Origin: Candidatus Thorarchaeota archaeon
GTDB taxonomy: Archaea; Asgardarchaeota; Thorarchaeia; Thorarchaeales; Thorarchaeaceae
Length of the DNA stretch: 64,000 nt
Direction of reading: 5' to 3'
Assembly: GCA_963726195.1 (NCBI GenBank)
Contig: CAVSBO010000013.1
Coordinates: 32,001-96,000, forward strand
Each line of letters begins with the position of its first letter. Positions within the stretch are counted from its first letter, which is position 1. The notes under the pieces were generated by a model. The model saw nothing but the letters and a program-made list of their open reading frames with translations. It made no database searches and was not told where the DNA came from. Shown here piece by piece: positions 31,039 through 41,660 of the stretch. A program made the translations under genes and the position numbers.

Positions 31039-32178
31039 GTGAAACAACAAATGCAGTCGACATCACAGAGAATTGAAAGGGTTCACCGTACGATGCAACG
31101 GGAGGGTGTCGACGCGCTTCTCGTCACACGTAGAACTGACGTACACTACCTAACTGGCTACGAAGGCGTAGCTGAGAGTATTCCAGTAGGATGTGTGGTA
31201 GTCGACGGACAGCCACCGCATCTCATTATGCCCGAACTTCAAAGGGAAGCAATGGGCCAAGATTCGACGATGGCAAGGGTGCATTCCTTTGCCGACGAAC
31301 AGTCAGAGCACTGGTATCCCAACCACGGGCCCGGGTTCTGGGAATGCGTTGATAGTGTCCTGCGAGAGGCGGGTGTTCGCAGAGGCATGATCGGACTGCA
31401 GTACGACTGGCTGTCCATTGGAGAATTCGAATCTCTCAAGTCTGCATTTCCGGACGCGGGTTTCAAGGACTTCTCGAAGGCTCTGTGGCGTCTAAGGCAA
31501 ATCAAGGACGCGGCGGAGATAGATGCCATAAGGCAGGCTGTGAAAATCGCGGAGATAGGGGTCAGGACGGCACTCGAGACCGTATCAGCAGGAAAGACAG
31601 AAGCACAGTGCTCTGTTGACATTGAGGCTGCGATGAGAGCTGCAGGAGGAGAGCTGAGAGGCATCAGGGCTGCGGTACTAGCAGGTGATCACGCGCGCTT
31701 TCCATTTGCACAACCAACGACGATAAGGGTAGGCAGCAATGAGCTGGTCTTGGTTGATGTCACGGTCAGTCATTCGGGATATTTGGCCGAGGTAGCTCGG
31801 ACTGTGCATGCCGGGAGCCCGTCGGCGGCTCAGCGGAAGCTGTTCGGTTCGGTCTTGGCCACAAACAGCGCACTCCAGAGCGTAATGACGCCGGAAACCA
31901 AGATATCGGAGGCAGCCGCTCAGGCGCTCAAGATTGCTGGAAATGGTTCCCAGATTCGCGGAGTGATACAGCCCTTGGGCAGTTCAATTGGCCTCGACAT
32001 TAGAGAGCCGCCGTTCATATGTCAAGAGAGCAAGTCCACTTTTCGAGAGGGCATGGTATTCTCGATTCACCCTACCATTCATGAATCGGGAGCAGGATGT
32101 GCCAAGATTGCAGACGTTCTAATGATTACTGGCGACGGATCAGAAAGCCTTACAACAATTTCGAAGGAAACACTTTAG
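31039..32178 (+). CDS. M24 (Xaa-Pro peptidase/creatinase) family protein with degenerate metal ligands
   Basis: Creatinase-N region (DVHYLTGY) and LRQIKDAAEI; GSSIGLDIRE replaces GHGIGLEVHE, SIHP replaces TIEP, and KIAD replaces RIED. Confidence 0.85.
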   Translation: MKQQMQSTSQRIERVHRTMQREGVDALLVTRRTDVHYLTGYEGVAESIPVGCVVVDGQPPHLIMPELQREAMGQDSTMARVHSFADEQSEHWYPNHGPGFWECVDSVLREAGVRRGMIGLQYDWLSIGEFESLKSAFPDAGFKDFSKALWRLRQIKDAAEIDAIRQAVKIAEIGVRTALETVSAGKTEAQCSVDIEAAMRAAGGELRGIRAAVLAGDHARFPFAQPTTIRVGSNELVLVDVTVSHSGYLAEVARTVHAGSPSAAQRKLFGSVLATNSALQSVMTPETKISEAAAQALKIAGNGSQIRGVIQPLGSSIGLDIREPPFICQESKSTFREGMVFSIHPTIHESGAGCAKIADVLMITGDGSESLTTISKETL

Positions 32179-32179
32179 T

Positions 32180-32704
32180 TCAGGTCCCAGACTGCCACTT
32201 TCTGAGTTTCTGGAAGACTTGAGCGATTGTCTCTGCTCTTGTGGAGTGCTTGCTCACTTCTTCTCTTGAGACCTCTCGTATCTGAGCGGCAGGTGCACCA
32301 GAATTCATACTTCTTGGAGGGATAACCACATGAGCTGGCACAATACTCCCCGGTGCAAGCATCACTCCCTCTCCCAGCGTGGCCCCGTCGAAGATTACGC
32401 ACCCTTCCCCGATGTTTGTATTATCTCCGATGTAAACACCATGGATTACTGACGCAGTGCCAATGATGGTGAAGTTGCCGATTATGGCCGGATTGTCTTT
32501 CGTGTGAGCATGGATCACCACGCTGTCTTGAACGCACGTGCTCTCTCCGATTCTGACAGAAGCCAGATCGCCACGGACTACTGCACCCGGCCAAATGCTT
32601 GCTTTCGGTCCGATCTCCACATTACCAACGATTGTAGCTTGAGGGCTAACGAAAGCTGTTGCATCGATCTTTGGCAGTCTATCTCCAAAAGGAAGGATTG
32701 GCAT
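32180..32704 (-). CDS. Gamma-carbonic anhydrase-like (YrdA/PaaY) hexapeptide protein
   Basis: AFVSPQATIVGNV.IG...SIWPGAVVRGD, VQD.VVIH and GAPA motifs; one Zn His is replaced (IGTASVIHG). Confidence 0.9.
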   Translation of the reverse strand: MPILPFGDRLPKIDATAFVSPQATIVGNVEIGPKASIWPGAVVRGDLASVRIGESTCVQDSVVIHAHTKDNPAIIGNFTIIGTASVIHGVYIGDNTNIGEGCVIFDGATLGEGVMLAPGSIVPAHVVIPPRSMNSGAPAAQIREVSREEVSKHSTRAETIAQVFQKLRKWQSGT

Positions 32705-32782
32705 TACGTCACCCCATTCGTCATTCGCAAATGAGGTTTAGGATTCTAATAAACAAAGCTCATGTCGTCATGCTGCTGCATT

Positions 32783-33151
32783 TCATTTGAGGAGAGCATG
32801 AATCACTTCCTCGTAATGCTCAGCAGGTCGAAGCCCAATCAGCCTGTTCACGATGATAGGTTTCTTGCTTTTGGGGCCTGGTGGCTCGAATCGAGCAGGC
32901 TTGCCTTCGAAATAGACTAAGACACAGGGTATCGCGTTTATCCCATGCTTCATGGCGAACTGAGGATATTCCTGAGTGTTGAGCTTGACAAACTTGACGT
33001 CAGGGTTGTCAGCGTATTTCTCAGCGAGTTCTTCAAGCACTGGTCCTAAAGCCAAACATGGACCACACCACGGCGCCCATGAATCGACAAAAAGGAGTCT
33101 TGATTCCTGTATCTCGTCCTCTAAGGTCTCAGGGTTTACTTCCTTGACCAC
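32783..33151 (-). CDS. Thioredoxin
   Basis: VDSWAPWCGPC active site and GINAIP cis-Pro loop. Confidence 0.95.
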   Translation of the reverse strand: MVKEVNPETLEDEIQESRLLFVDSWAPWCGPCLALGPVLEELAEKYADNPDVKFVKLNTQEYPQFAMKHGINAIPCVLVYFEGKPARFEPPGPKSKKPIIVNRLIGLRPAEHYEEVIHALLK

Positions 33152-33304
33152 CCTTCATCACTCGGTTCTAGTCTCGCTGGGAGACACATTATGAACGTTG
33201 CTGTCTAGTACCATGGACCGAACATGCTCGAAGAAGAAAAAGACCGCTTTGTTGTATAGGTGCATCCAGTGCGCCATGTCGCGTTACAACTCGGCCGCCC
33301 AGTT

Positions 33305-33351
33305 GTGCAGGCCCCCGTCAAATCAGATTAACCAGACGAGGGGGCCTGCAC
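33305..33351 (-). terminator. Strong hairpin immediately after the ABC permease stop codon
   Basis: Perfect 12-bp stem GTGCAGGCCCCC (33305-16) / GGGGGCCTGCAC (33340-51). Confidence 0.6.
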
Positions 33352-33359
33352 CGGGTTTT

Positions 33360-34657
33360 CTACTCGTACCTGAGTGCATCGACTGGCCTAAGTCTTGATG
33401 CGCGCCAAGCAGGGTATAGCCCGAACACTACGCTGACGACCACTCCAAAGGAGAGTGCCATCAAGATGAGCTGAGGTGTAAGCAGAGGAGTTATCGAAAT
33501 CGATGAGGTTCCTGAAGATGTAGTGCCTGCCCTGAACCCGGCCCGACCGCCGCCAAGCTAAACATGCCTGACACACTGCCGGAGAACACATAGGCGATGG
33601 CCCAGCCAGCTACGATTCCGATGATTCCACCAAGAAGCCCTATGATCAGGGCTTCGCTCAGGAACATCGACAGTACAGTGCGGCTTTTTGCACCAACTGC
33701 CTTTAGGATGCCTATCTCTCTAGTCCGCTCCATCAGTGACACAATCATGATGTTCATTATCCCGACTCCGGCGACAATCAAAGAGATGCTGGCGATTCCT
33801 GCAAGGAGCAGATCCGCGGTGCCCAGAGTGGTTGAGATTGTCTGAAGCATTGCTGTCGGTGATGTCACTGAGACCTTGTCGCTGAACAGATTTTGGATAA
33901 CTGTTGTGGCGGTGTCGATTGTGGTTTGAGAGTCGTCCGTCAGTTTAACGAGAATGTAGTTGGCCTCTTTCGTTTCAAAGAAATCAACTGCCAGACTGAG
34001 TGGGATGTAGACGCCGTTGTCACTGGGACCCATGAAGCTTGTACCAATCTTCGCAAGAACGCCGACAACAGTCAGCGTGATGTTCTTGGTCCGAGTTTCT
34101 GTTCCGTTGCGAATAGTGATTGAGAGAGTCATCTGGTCGCCAACCTTAGCGAAGATAGTCCCATTGTCCCAAGGCTCGTAGATTGAGTGACCTATCACAA
34201 CACTCTGGTTGTCCGGTGATGCCGGAATCGTGCCGTTCGCCGCGACAAAGGTGGTGGTAAACATCGACGCATACGCTGCATAGTCCGCGCCCGTAATGCT
34301 CATTGACATCTCGTATCCAGAAGCATTGACATTGGCCTGCTTGGTCATAATTGCTGTCGCTGTCTTGACCGAGTCAAGATCGGTTATTGCCTCTGTGTCA
34401 TTCGTGTATAGTGTAAAATTGGACGGTTCTCCCTGACTCTGACCGGGAGTAAACCTCTGCGTACTGACGGTCAATGTATCAGTGGAGAACCCCTGCGTCA
34501 ACTGCGATGTTATCGTGGCCTGAAAGCCTTGGGTGTAGGACAACAGGGCGACGATGGCCGCAATGCCAATCACTATTCCAAGTGTCGTGAGCCCTGAACG
34601 CAGCTTCCTCAGGCGAATTGCGCCGTAAGAGAATGAAACGACATCACGTGCCTTCAT
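33360..34657 (-). CDS. MacB/FtsX-type ABC permease (frameshift ~33555)
   Basis: RKLRSGLTTLGIVIGIAAI and GIMNIMIVSLMERTREIGILKAVGA. Adding one base near 33555 restores the canonical C-terminus VFGLYPAWRASRLRPVDALRYE*. Confidence 0.92.
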
Positions 34658-35341
34658 CTAGTTCACCCCATCCGAAACAACGAGTCCGTCGATAATGCTG
34701 ATCCTACGTCTTGCTGCAGATGCTACAGAAGAGTCGTGTGTCACCACTATCACAGTGACTCCCAAGTCCCTATTCACACCCTTCACGAGCTCCATAATTT
34801 CGGCTGCGGTCTTGCTGTCGAGATTGCCAGTGGGTTCGTCGAGGAGTAGAAAGGTTGGTTCGCCAATCAGCGCACGAGCGATTGCGACCCGCTGCCTCTC
34901 TCCTCCGGAGAGCTCCGACGGCTTGTGTTCCATTCTGCTTTCGAGGCCGACCTTGGTCAGAACATCCTCTGCTTTCGACCGCCGTTCTGTCTTCGAAATG
35001 CCTGCGACTGCAAGTGGAAGTTCTACGTTCTCGCGCGCATTGAGCCGAGGAATTAGGTTGAAGAACTGGAAGACGAACCCCACTCTCCGTCGTACCTCTG
35101 CGAGGTGATTGTCGTCTAGCTTTTCGATATCAGTTCCTTCGATGGCAATGGTGCCGTCTGTAGGCCTATCTAGTGCACCTATCATATTCAGTAGCGTCGA
35201 CTTTCCAGAACCCGACGGACCCTGGATGGCTAGGAATTCCCCGTGGTCAACGCTGAAGCTGACGCCTCGAAGCGCTTCAACGGGGACTTTGCCTAGCTGA
35301 TAGGTCTTTTTCACGTCTTTGACTTCTAGTACTGTACTCAT
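34658..35341 (-). CDS. ABC transporter ATP-binding protein (LolD/MacB type)
   Basis: GPSGSGKS, LSGGERQRVAIARAL, LLDEPTGNLD and VTHD motifs. Confidence 0.96.
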   Translation of the reverse strand: MSTVLEVKDVKKTYQLGKVPVEALRGVSFSVDHGEFLAIQGPSGSGKSTLLNMIGALDRPTDGTIAIEGTDIEKLDDNHLAEVRRRVGFVFQFFNLIPRLNARENVELPLAVAGISKTERRSKAEDVLTKVGLESRMEHKPSELSGGERQRVAIARALIGEPTFLLLDEPTGNLDSKTAAEIMELVKGVNRDLGVTVIVVTHDSSVASAARRRISIIDGLVVSDGVN

Positions 35342-35561
35342 AGTCTAACACACACTCTTGTTGTGCAGAGAGATGTGGTCTCTCGTTACATGAGGCGCGT
35401 TAGGGTTAGTATATACGGTTAGACCGACAATCTGCCAGAAAGAGACCCAAATTACTTCCAGATTACACGCCAAGAGACGAGACATGAGACCAGTCTAAGT
35501 GTCGCAGTTGATGAATCCATAATCACTTATTAAGAGGAAAAGAAAACGCGGATGGAATAAG

Positions 35562-35861
35562 ATGGACACGAGAAGGCTTCTCTGGTGGTTGTTGGCAGGA
35601 TCCAGAGGCGGTATCAACAGGGCTCGTATCTTGCTTGCCCTGCATGATATGCCGTCAAATGCAAACCAGCTAGCAGAGCAGCTTGGTCTTGACTACAAGA
35701 CGATACGGTATCATCTTGACCTTCTCTTGAAGCATGAGGCGATTGTTCCACAGGGCGAGGGGTACGGGACGGTCTACTTCATTTCCGATGACATTGAAGA
35801 AAACTTCAATGATTTCCGTGAGATTTGGGACAGAATCGGGCAAAAGAGGATAAAGCAATAG
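35562..35861 (+). CDS. ArsR-like winged-helix transcriptional regulator
   Basis: LWWLLAGSRGG.NRARIL..L...PSNANQLA..LGLDYKTIRYHL..L...YG..YF. Confidence 0.9.
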   Translation: MDTRRLLWWLLAGSRGGINRARILLALHDMPSNANQLAEQLGLDYKTIRYHLDLLLKHEAIVPQGEGYGTVYFISDDIEENFNDFREIWDRIGQKRIKQ

Positions 35862-35868
35862 ACAGAGC

Positions 35869-36312
35869 GTGAAGCACAACATGATGAGCAAGCGAACTCT
35901 AATTGCAGTATTCACTGTGACCGTAACACTAGCCGCACTACTCGGTATCATCTTATCATGGGCCTTCATTACAAACCATCTTGCCGGTCACTATCCCTTC
36001 GATATCCCCGTTCAGTTCCTGCCGACTATTGCGCTATTCTCGACAGTGAAGACTGTGGTCTCTTCTATCAATATGGCTCTGATTCTGCTCACACTGGCAG
36101 TGTACGTAGGCATCTACAGGAGGATCAGATCCAAGTTCACAATCGGACTAATTCTCATGTTGCTGGTTCTTCTCATGCACGCACTGACATCTAACCCTCT
36201 TCTACAGTTCGGGTTCGGTTACCAATTCATCGGTCTGGGACCGCTGTCAATAATGCCTGACATCTTTACCACGATTGCACTAGTAGTGCTGTTCTACCTT
36301 AGCCTTGAATAG
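35869..36312 (+). CDS. Membrane protein (about 4 TM) co-transcribed with the regulator
   Basis: Four hydrophobic segments; YRRIRSKFTIGL loop. Confidence 0.8.
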   Translation: MKHNMMSKRTLIAVFTVTVTLAALLGIILSWAFITNHLAGHYPFDIPVQFLPTIALFSTVKTVVSSINMALILLTLAVYVGIYRRIRSKFTIGLILMLLVLLMHALTSNPLLQFGFGYQFIGLGPLSIMPDIFTTIALVVLFYLSLE

Positions 36313-36508
36313 TACAACAAATCCGAAAGCGACTGCTCAACGGCTAGGTATTCCCTGATAAAGACACGATGAAATCTTGAACCGGCGTTGTGCCTGCTTG
36401 ACAGGTACTCTCACGCTTTCGGAGCATCGATTCGAATCAGTTATGACAACCTAGATCGAGTTTCGCCGGATTGCCTGAGAAAACGTAGCGTACCGGTCGC
36501 AGTAAGCA

Positions 36509-36869
36509 CTATGCGTCCGAGGCTAGCAGGCTCTCGATAAGCCCAGAATAGACTTCCTCTGGCATTACGCCAACGAGTCTGTCCATTTTCTTGCCGCTCC
36601 CATCGTCAAAGACGACGCGTCTGCCATCACTGAATACTAAGACCGAAGGTACACCACTAATTCTGTTCTTCATGCTGAATTCTCTGTTATTATCAACGTC
36701 TATCTTGACGACTTTGAATCCTTTGTCCCCGTACTTCTCAGCTCAGCTCTTCCAAGATGGGACTCAGGACTTTGCAAGGATGGCACCAAGTTGCAAAACA
36801 GTCCACAAAGACTAGCTTGTTGTCATTAACGACGTTCTCAAGCTGGTCCGACATGATTTCGTCAACCAA
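36509..36869 (-). CDS. Thioredoxin paralog with WCHPC site (frameshift 36744; absent from the ORF track)
   Basis: Manual translation: MVDEIMSDQLENVVNDNKLVFVDCFATWCHPCKVLSPILEEL/AEKYGDKGFKVVKIDVD...ISGVPSVLVF...DRLVGVMPEEVY (119 aa). Confidence 0.88.
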
Positions 36870-37033
36870 TTACCGCTGTCTCCGTTTGTCGGTTGTGCAC
36901 GATTTACGCACAACCCTTTTAATGCTTGCGATATAACATCAAGAAAACTTCAGGCAATATAACTATCAGTTTCGGACGGCCGTTGACTGCCAAACTTTGA
37001 TAAGGGCTGGACCGCCGTGCTGTCAGGTCCTAG

Positions 37034-39693
37034 GTGATTGCCGTGCCTGTGCTGCATTGTCCCAAGTGTGGTTCCAAGTTGGAAATCTACAAGGGGGGCC
37101 AGATATGGACAGTTCGATGTTACACATGCAACGCACAGGTCGAAATCGGAGGCCGAAACAAAGACCTTCTCGATGCTTACGAGGCGTATATTCAAGCTGT
37201 CAATAGCGGCACAGTAGGAACAGGCACTGGCCCGCAACCAGCCAAGACTACTCGACCCAGAAGCACACTGGTTGAGGAAGAGGGAACCGGCAAGAGAAGA
37301 GTTCACCGCGGCGGTGAGAAGAAGCAGTCCCGCGAAGACATAGCAAAGGCAGTTGCGGCCGGTGGCTCCAGCATCGATGAATTGCCAGATGCCTTACGAC
37401 CTCTGATTGAGAGCGGAAAGGACTACTTGGTCACCTATCACTACAATACTGCCACGGATGCAGAATACGGATGCAGTACTGACGAATTGAAGATACCATC
37501 GAGGCTGAAGGCACTGCTCCAAAAGAGGGGGATATCTCGTCTGTACAGATTTCAGGAGCAGGCTTTCAAGGAGATTCAGAATGGGAAGGACGTTGTGCTC
37601 GCGGCGCCGACCGGCCAAGGTAAGACTGAGGCGTTTGTACTGCCGATTTTCAGCAAGTTGCTTGCGACAACTGAAGATGTGTTTGGCAATCCTGGGATTA
37701 GAGCCCTTCTCGTCTATCCCACCAAGGCTCTTGCAAGGGATCAGTATGACAAGCTTGAGCAGATGTGTGCAGCGTCAAGTTTGAGTCTGGGAATCTTTGA
37801 TGGTGATGTCCCTGCCAACCAGAGAGAGAGCTGTATGCGAGCCCGCCGGATATTCTTCTGACTAACCCTGATGTGCTGCACTATCACTTAGGTTGGGACC
37901 GGTCTCGCTTGGTGCCTTTGCTGCGGTCGGTCAAGTATGTTGTCCTTGACGAGATACACCTCTACACAGGATCCATGGGCGCGAACGTGTACTACATCCT
38001 GAAACGGCTGGAGATGGAGTCGGGCAAGCTCCAAGTTGTAGGAGCTTCGGCGACCATATCCAACCCGGTCGAGTTCGCTCAGCAGCTTTTTGACAGACCC
38101 GTCGAGCTCATCGAGTCAACCTCCGCACGACGTGGTCCGTTTCACTTTTGCATGTACTATCCAGCTGAACGCAGCAAGTATAGCATGATTGTCGATCTCG
38201 TTCAGATGCTCCGGAGGGGTCAGTACAAGACTTTGGTCTTTGGCAACACTCACACTGAAGCGGAACTGCTGAACCTACTACTAAGAGACGCAGGTGTGAA
38301 ATCCGAGATTCACAGGGCAGGCTTGTCGAAAGCCCATAGGACTCAAGTAGAAAACGAATTCAAGTCGGGGCAACTACCCGTGCTTGTCTCCACACCCACC
38401 CTTGAACTTGGCATAGATATCGGAGACCTGGACAGCGTGGTGAGCATGATTGTTTCAATAACGAGGCTGACTCAGAGAATTGGAAGGGCTGGAAGAAAGG
38501 GTCAGGAAAGTGTCGCGATTCTTGCTCTTCGCGAAAACGACCCGATTTCATCCTACTATCGAATGAGGCCTGACAAGTATTTCACTGACATAGACTCTGC
38601 CTACATGGAACCAGAGAACGAAGTCGTCGGACGTTACCAGCTGATGGCCGCAGCCTTAAGCGGGAAGATGGACCTATCTCAGTTTCCAAGGCAGCGCAAG
38701 ATTATCGACTCGTTGGTTGCTGAAGGTCTTCTCAAAGTGCTTGCGAGTGGAGAGGTCAGAGTGGCTGAGGCTAACAAGGTTCGTAGGGAACTGAGGAACT
38801 ACAATGTTCGTGGGATAGGCGCGACAATCGAAATCAAGAGCGGAATGAAGACACTCGGAGAACGTTCGATGCCGATGGCTGCTCAAGAGCTTCATCCAGG
38901 AGCAATATACCTACACGGAGGCAAGAACTATCAATCTATGGAGTTCAAGTACGTTCCTCCGATTGGAAGAGCAATAGCAGCTCCTCTTCAGGAGCGGAGC
39001 TATTACACCCGTCCGTTATACATGACAATGCCCAAGATAATCGAGAAGCATGAAGAACGACAGATGCTAGGCCTCAGCGCCTTGTACTGCACTCTTGAGA
39101 TGACCCAAACTGTAACAGGCTTTGTCAAGAAGGAAACGCTCTCTGGAAGAACCATAAGCAAATCGGAACTGCCTCAACCCTTGGATTATACGTATCCGAC
39201 CCGTGGGTTTGTTTTCTCAGTGCCAGGACCTGAGCACGCAATCGATGACTACGCTCACGGGAAGTACAACAGTCTCGGCGGCCCGAAAATGGATCCGGTT
39301 GAGCTCTATGGAGGGACATTCCATGCTGTGGAGCACGTCATCATCGAATCGAGCGACATGCTGACTGGTGGTGGAACAAGGGAGATAGGCGGAGTCTCAA
39401 TGGGTGACTCAGGCATAATATTCGTGTATGACGGCAGCCCCGGCGGCAATGGAGCATCGAAGCTGCTGTTCGGAAGACTTGAGGAAGCGTTTCACAGGGC
39501 AGAAACCATTCTGGCAGATTGCGATTGCAAGACCACCGATGGTTGTCCTCTTTGTACATATTCCTACCAATGCGGAAACAACAACCGTCCTTTGTTCAAG
39601 CTCGGCGCACTCGAGAGCATAAGACAGGTTCTGAACAAAGCGGAGACAAAGGTCGATGTAGTCGGATACTCGACCTATCAGCCGGTGGTGTAG
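37034..39693 (+). CDS. DEAD/DEAH SF2 helicase with DUF1998 (MrfA/Hrq1/SftH-like) and N-terminal zinc ribbon (frameshift ~37828)
   Basis: APTGQGKT, YPTKALARDQ, LTNPDVLH, LDEIH, SAT, TLELGIDIG and QRIGRAGR motifs; C-terminal YDG.PGGNG and CDC...GCPLC...QC. Confidence 0.92.
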
Positions 39694-39707
39694 GGGCGTG
39701 AACGTGC

Positions 39708-41651
39708 GTGACTGAGTTCCTTATCAATCGAGGCCATGACGGTCCTGCTCGCTTCGGTACCCTTAGGCTGGGGTCATCGACGGTCTTGACACCTGCTTTG
39801 GTTGGAGGGACTGGTGCTACTGATCCAGTTCTGAGATACTGGACTCTGGACCGCGATCCCCGGCCCGTGTCAGCCCTTGGCATTCTGGCGCTACCTCCTC
39901 TCTCAAGCTACAGCGATAGTGTCTTGGGACTGGTCCAAGATGATGATGCGATTCTATTGCCATCTCTGCCTTCTGCGTCGACCTTGGGCGCGGACTTTGC
40001 AGCGGCGCTTCTGAATCAGCAGCTAGTTCTTCTCCGGAATTCAGGAGACAAGATTCAACCATCGAGAGCAATAGTGAGAATACCTTCTCTGCTTAACCCT
40101 GACCTTCTTGACTCGATTGTCGGCGAGTTCAGCGAGCTGGGCGTTCGCAGTGCGGCGTTCGTGTTCAACGGGGAGCTTGGCCCCAATGATCGAGACTCGA
40201 TACTGCTTCGCGCGAGAATTCCTCGCAACTGGCTGACCTTAGCACTCGGAAGAATAGAACCGTATTCTGTTCCTTTGTTCCACTACCTAGGTTTTGACGT
40301 AATCGACGCAGGGAGGGCATTGGGCGCAGCGGCTCAGGCAGTACGACTTTGGCCTAGAGGATACGAAAGTATTCCGCAGTCTGAAGAGCTGAGGTATTGT
40401 CCTTGTCATGCATGCTCGTCACAGACGAATCTAGCAAGTCTTGACAGAGAAACACTTGGGGCCGTTTTGGTGGCACACAACATCGCTCTCTATAGATCAT
40501 TTCTCTCAGAGAGCATGAACGCGGCACGGTTGGGTCAGCTACGGTACCTCGTTGAATCTATGACCCACTCAAGCGTGGCATCTGCAGCTTTCCTGAGAAT
40601 CGTTGACAGAGAACTCTACAACTATGTCGAAGAATTCACTAACACAACCGGGAGCGGTGCCTTGGCGCTCATTGGTCCAGAGTCTTACAACTCCCCTGTC
40701 GTGAAGCGATTTCGCGAATACGTTGCTTCAAGATATGTGCCACCTCCCTACAAGAAGCTCATTCTAGTCCTTCCGTGTTCAGCCCGCAAACCGTATTCCG
40801 ACTCGAAATCGCATAAGCTGTTCAGAGAGGTCATTGATGCAAGCTTGGGAGCATCGAGGTTCGCAGTTGCGGAGACCATTCTCACATCGCCGCTTGGAGT
40901 TGTCCCGAGAGAGCTTGAACGCACATACCCAGCATCGGTCTACGATCTTCCAGTGACCGGTGATTGGGACGCAGAGGAAACTGGGATTGCTTCTGATGCG
41001 CTTGTCACGCACTTGGCGAAGTTCGACAAATCTGCTGTGGTAGTCGCGCATGTTTCCGGAGGGTACGAGGATGCTGTCAAGGGTGCTGAATCCAGAACCG
41101 AACAAAGCATCATCTACACCACAAGTGGCCAACCAGTGACGAGCAAGGAATCGTTGGAGTCTCTGAGGGAGACTCTCGAGGAAATGGTCGACGTTCTCTC
41201 TCTGAAAGCAGGACACAATCTTGAGAACAGAGAGATTCTTCGGACAACTGCTGACTTCCAGTTTGGACCAGGCACTGGCGAAGTGCTGATTCCAGATGAT
41301 GCATCAGTGTGGGGCAAGCCATACAGAATGATTGTCAGCAGGATCAAGGGAGAACAAACCTGTGCCTATGTGGCTGATTCGGGCGCAATCTCTCTCACTC
41401 TCGCAGGTGGACGACTTCTAGCTCCTCTTGACCGGTACTGGGTACGGTTTGATGGGAGCCGAATCAAAGGAGGGTCTGTGTTCGCTGTAGCTGTGCTAGG
41501 AGCAGATTCGAAGATACGGCCGGGCGATGAGGTCGTGGTCATCGGAACAAATGACGAAGTTCTGGGAGTAGGTCGTAGTGATATGTCTGGCATTGAGATG
41601 TGCGAGTTCGAGAAGGGCTGCGCAGTGTCTGTAAGACATAAGGTGGATTGA
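39708..41651 (+). CDS. arcS: Archaeosine synthase subunit alpha (degenerate TGT, DUF5591 and PUA domains)
   Basis: HDGPARFG, CPCHAC, HN, LPCSARKPYS.SKSH, TSPLGVVPRELE..YP...YD.PVTG.W and C-terminal PUA (IRPGDEVV). Confidence 0.92.
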   Translation: MTEFLINRGHDGPARFGTLRLGSSTVLTPALVGGTGATDPVLRYWTLDRDPRPVSALGILALPPLSSYSDSVLGLVQDDDAILLPSLPSASTLGADFAAALLNQQLVLLRNSGDKIQPSRAIVRIPSLLNPDLLDSIVGEFSELGVRSAAFVFNGELGPNDRDSILLRARIPRNWLTLALGRIEPYSVPLFHYLGFDVIDAGRALGAAAQAVRLWPRGYESIPQSEELRYCPCHACSSQTNLASLDRETLGAVLVAHNIALYRSFLSESMNAARLGQLRYLVESMTHSSVASAAFLRIVDRELYNYVEEFTNTTGSGALALIGPESYNSPVVKRFREYVASRYVPPPYKKLILVLPCSARKPYSDSKSHKLFREVIDASLGASRFAVAETILTSPLGVVPRELERTYPASVYDLPVTGDWDAEETGIASDALVTHLAKFDKSAVVVAHVSGGYEDAVKGAESRTEQSIIYTTSGQPVTSKESLESLRETLEEMVDVLSLKAGHNLENREILRTTADFQFGPGTGEVLIPDDASVWGKPYRMIVSRIKGEQTCAYVADSGAISLTLAGGRLLAPLDRYWVRFDGSRIKGGSVFAVAVLGADSKIRPGDEVVVIGTNDEVLGVGRSDMSGIEMCEFEKGCAVSVRHKVD

Positions 41652-41660
41652 GACTGGTCC

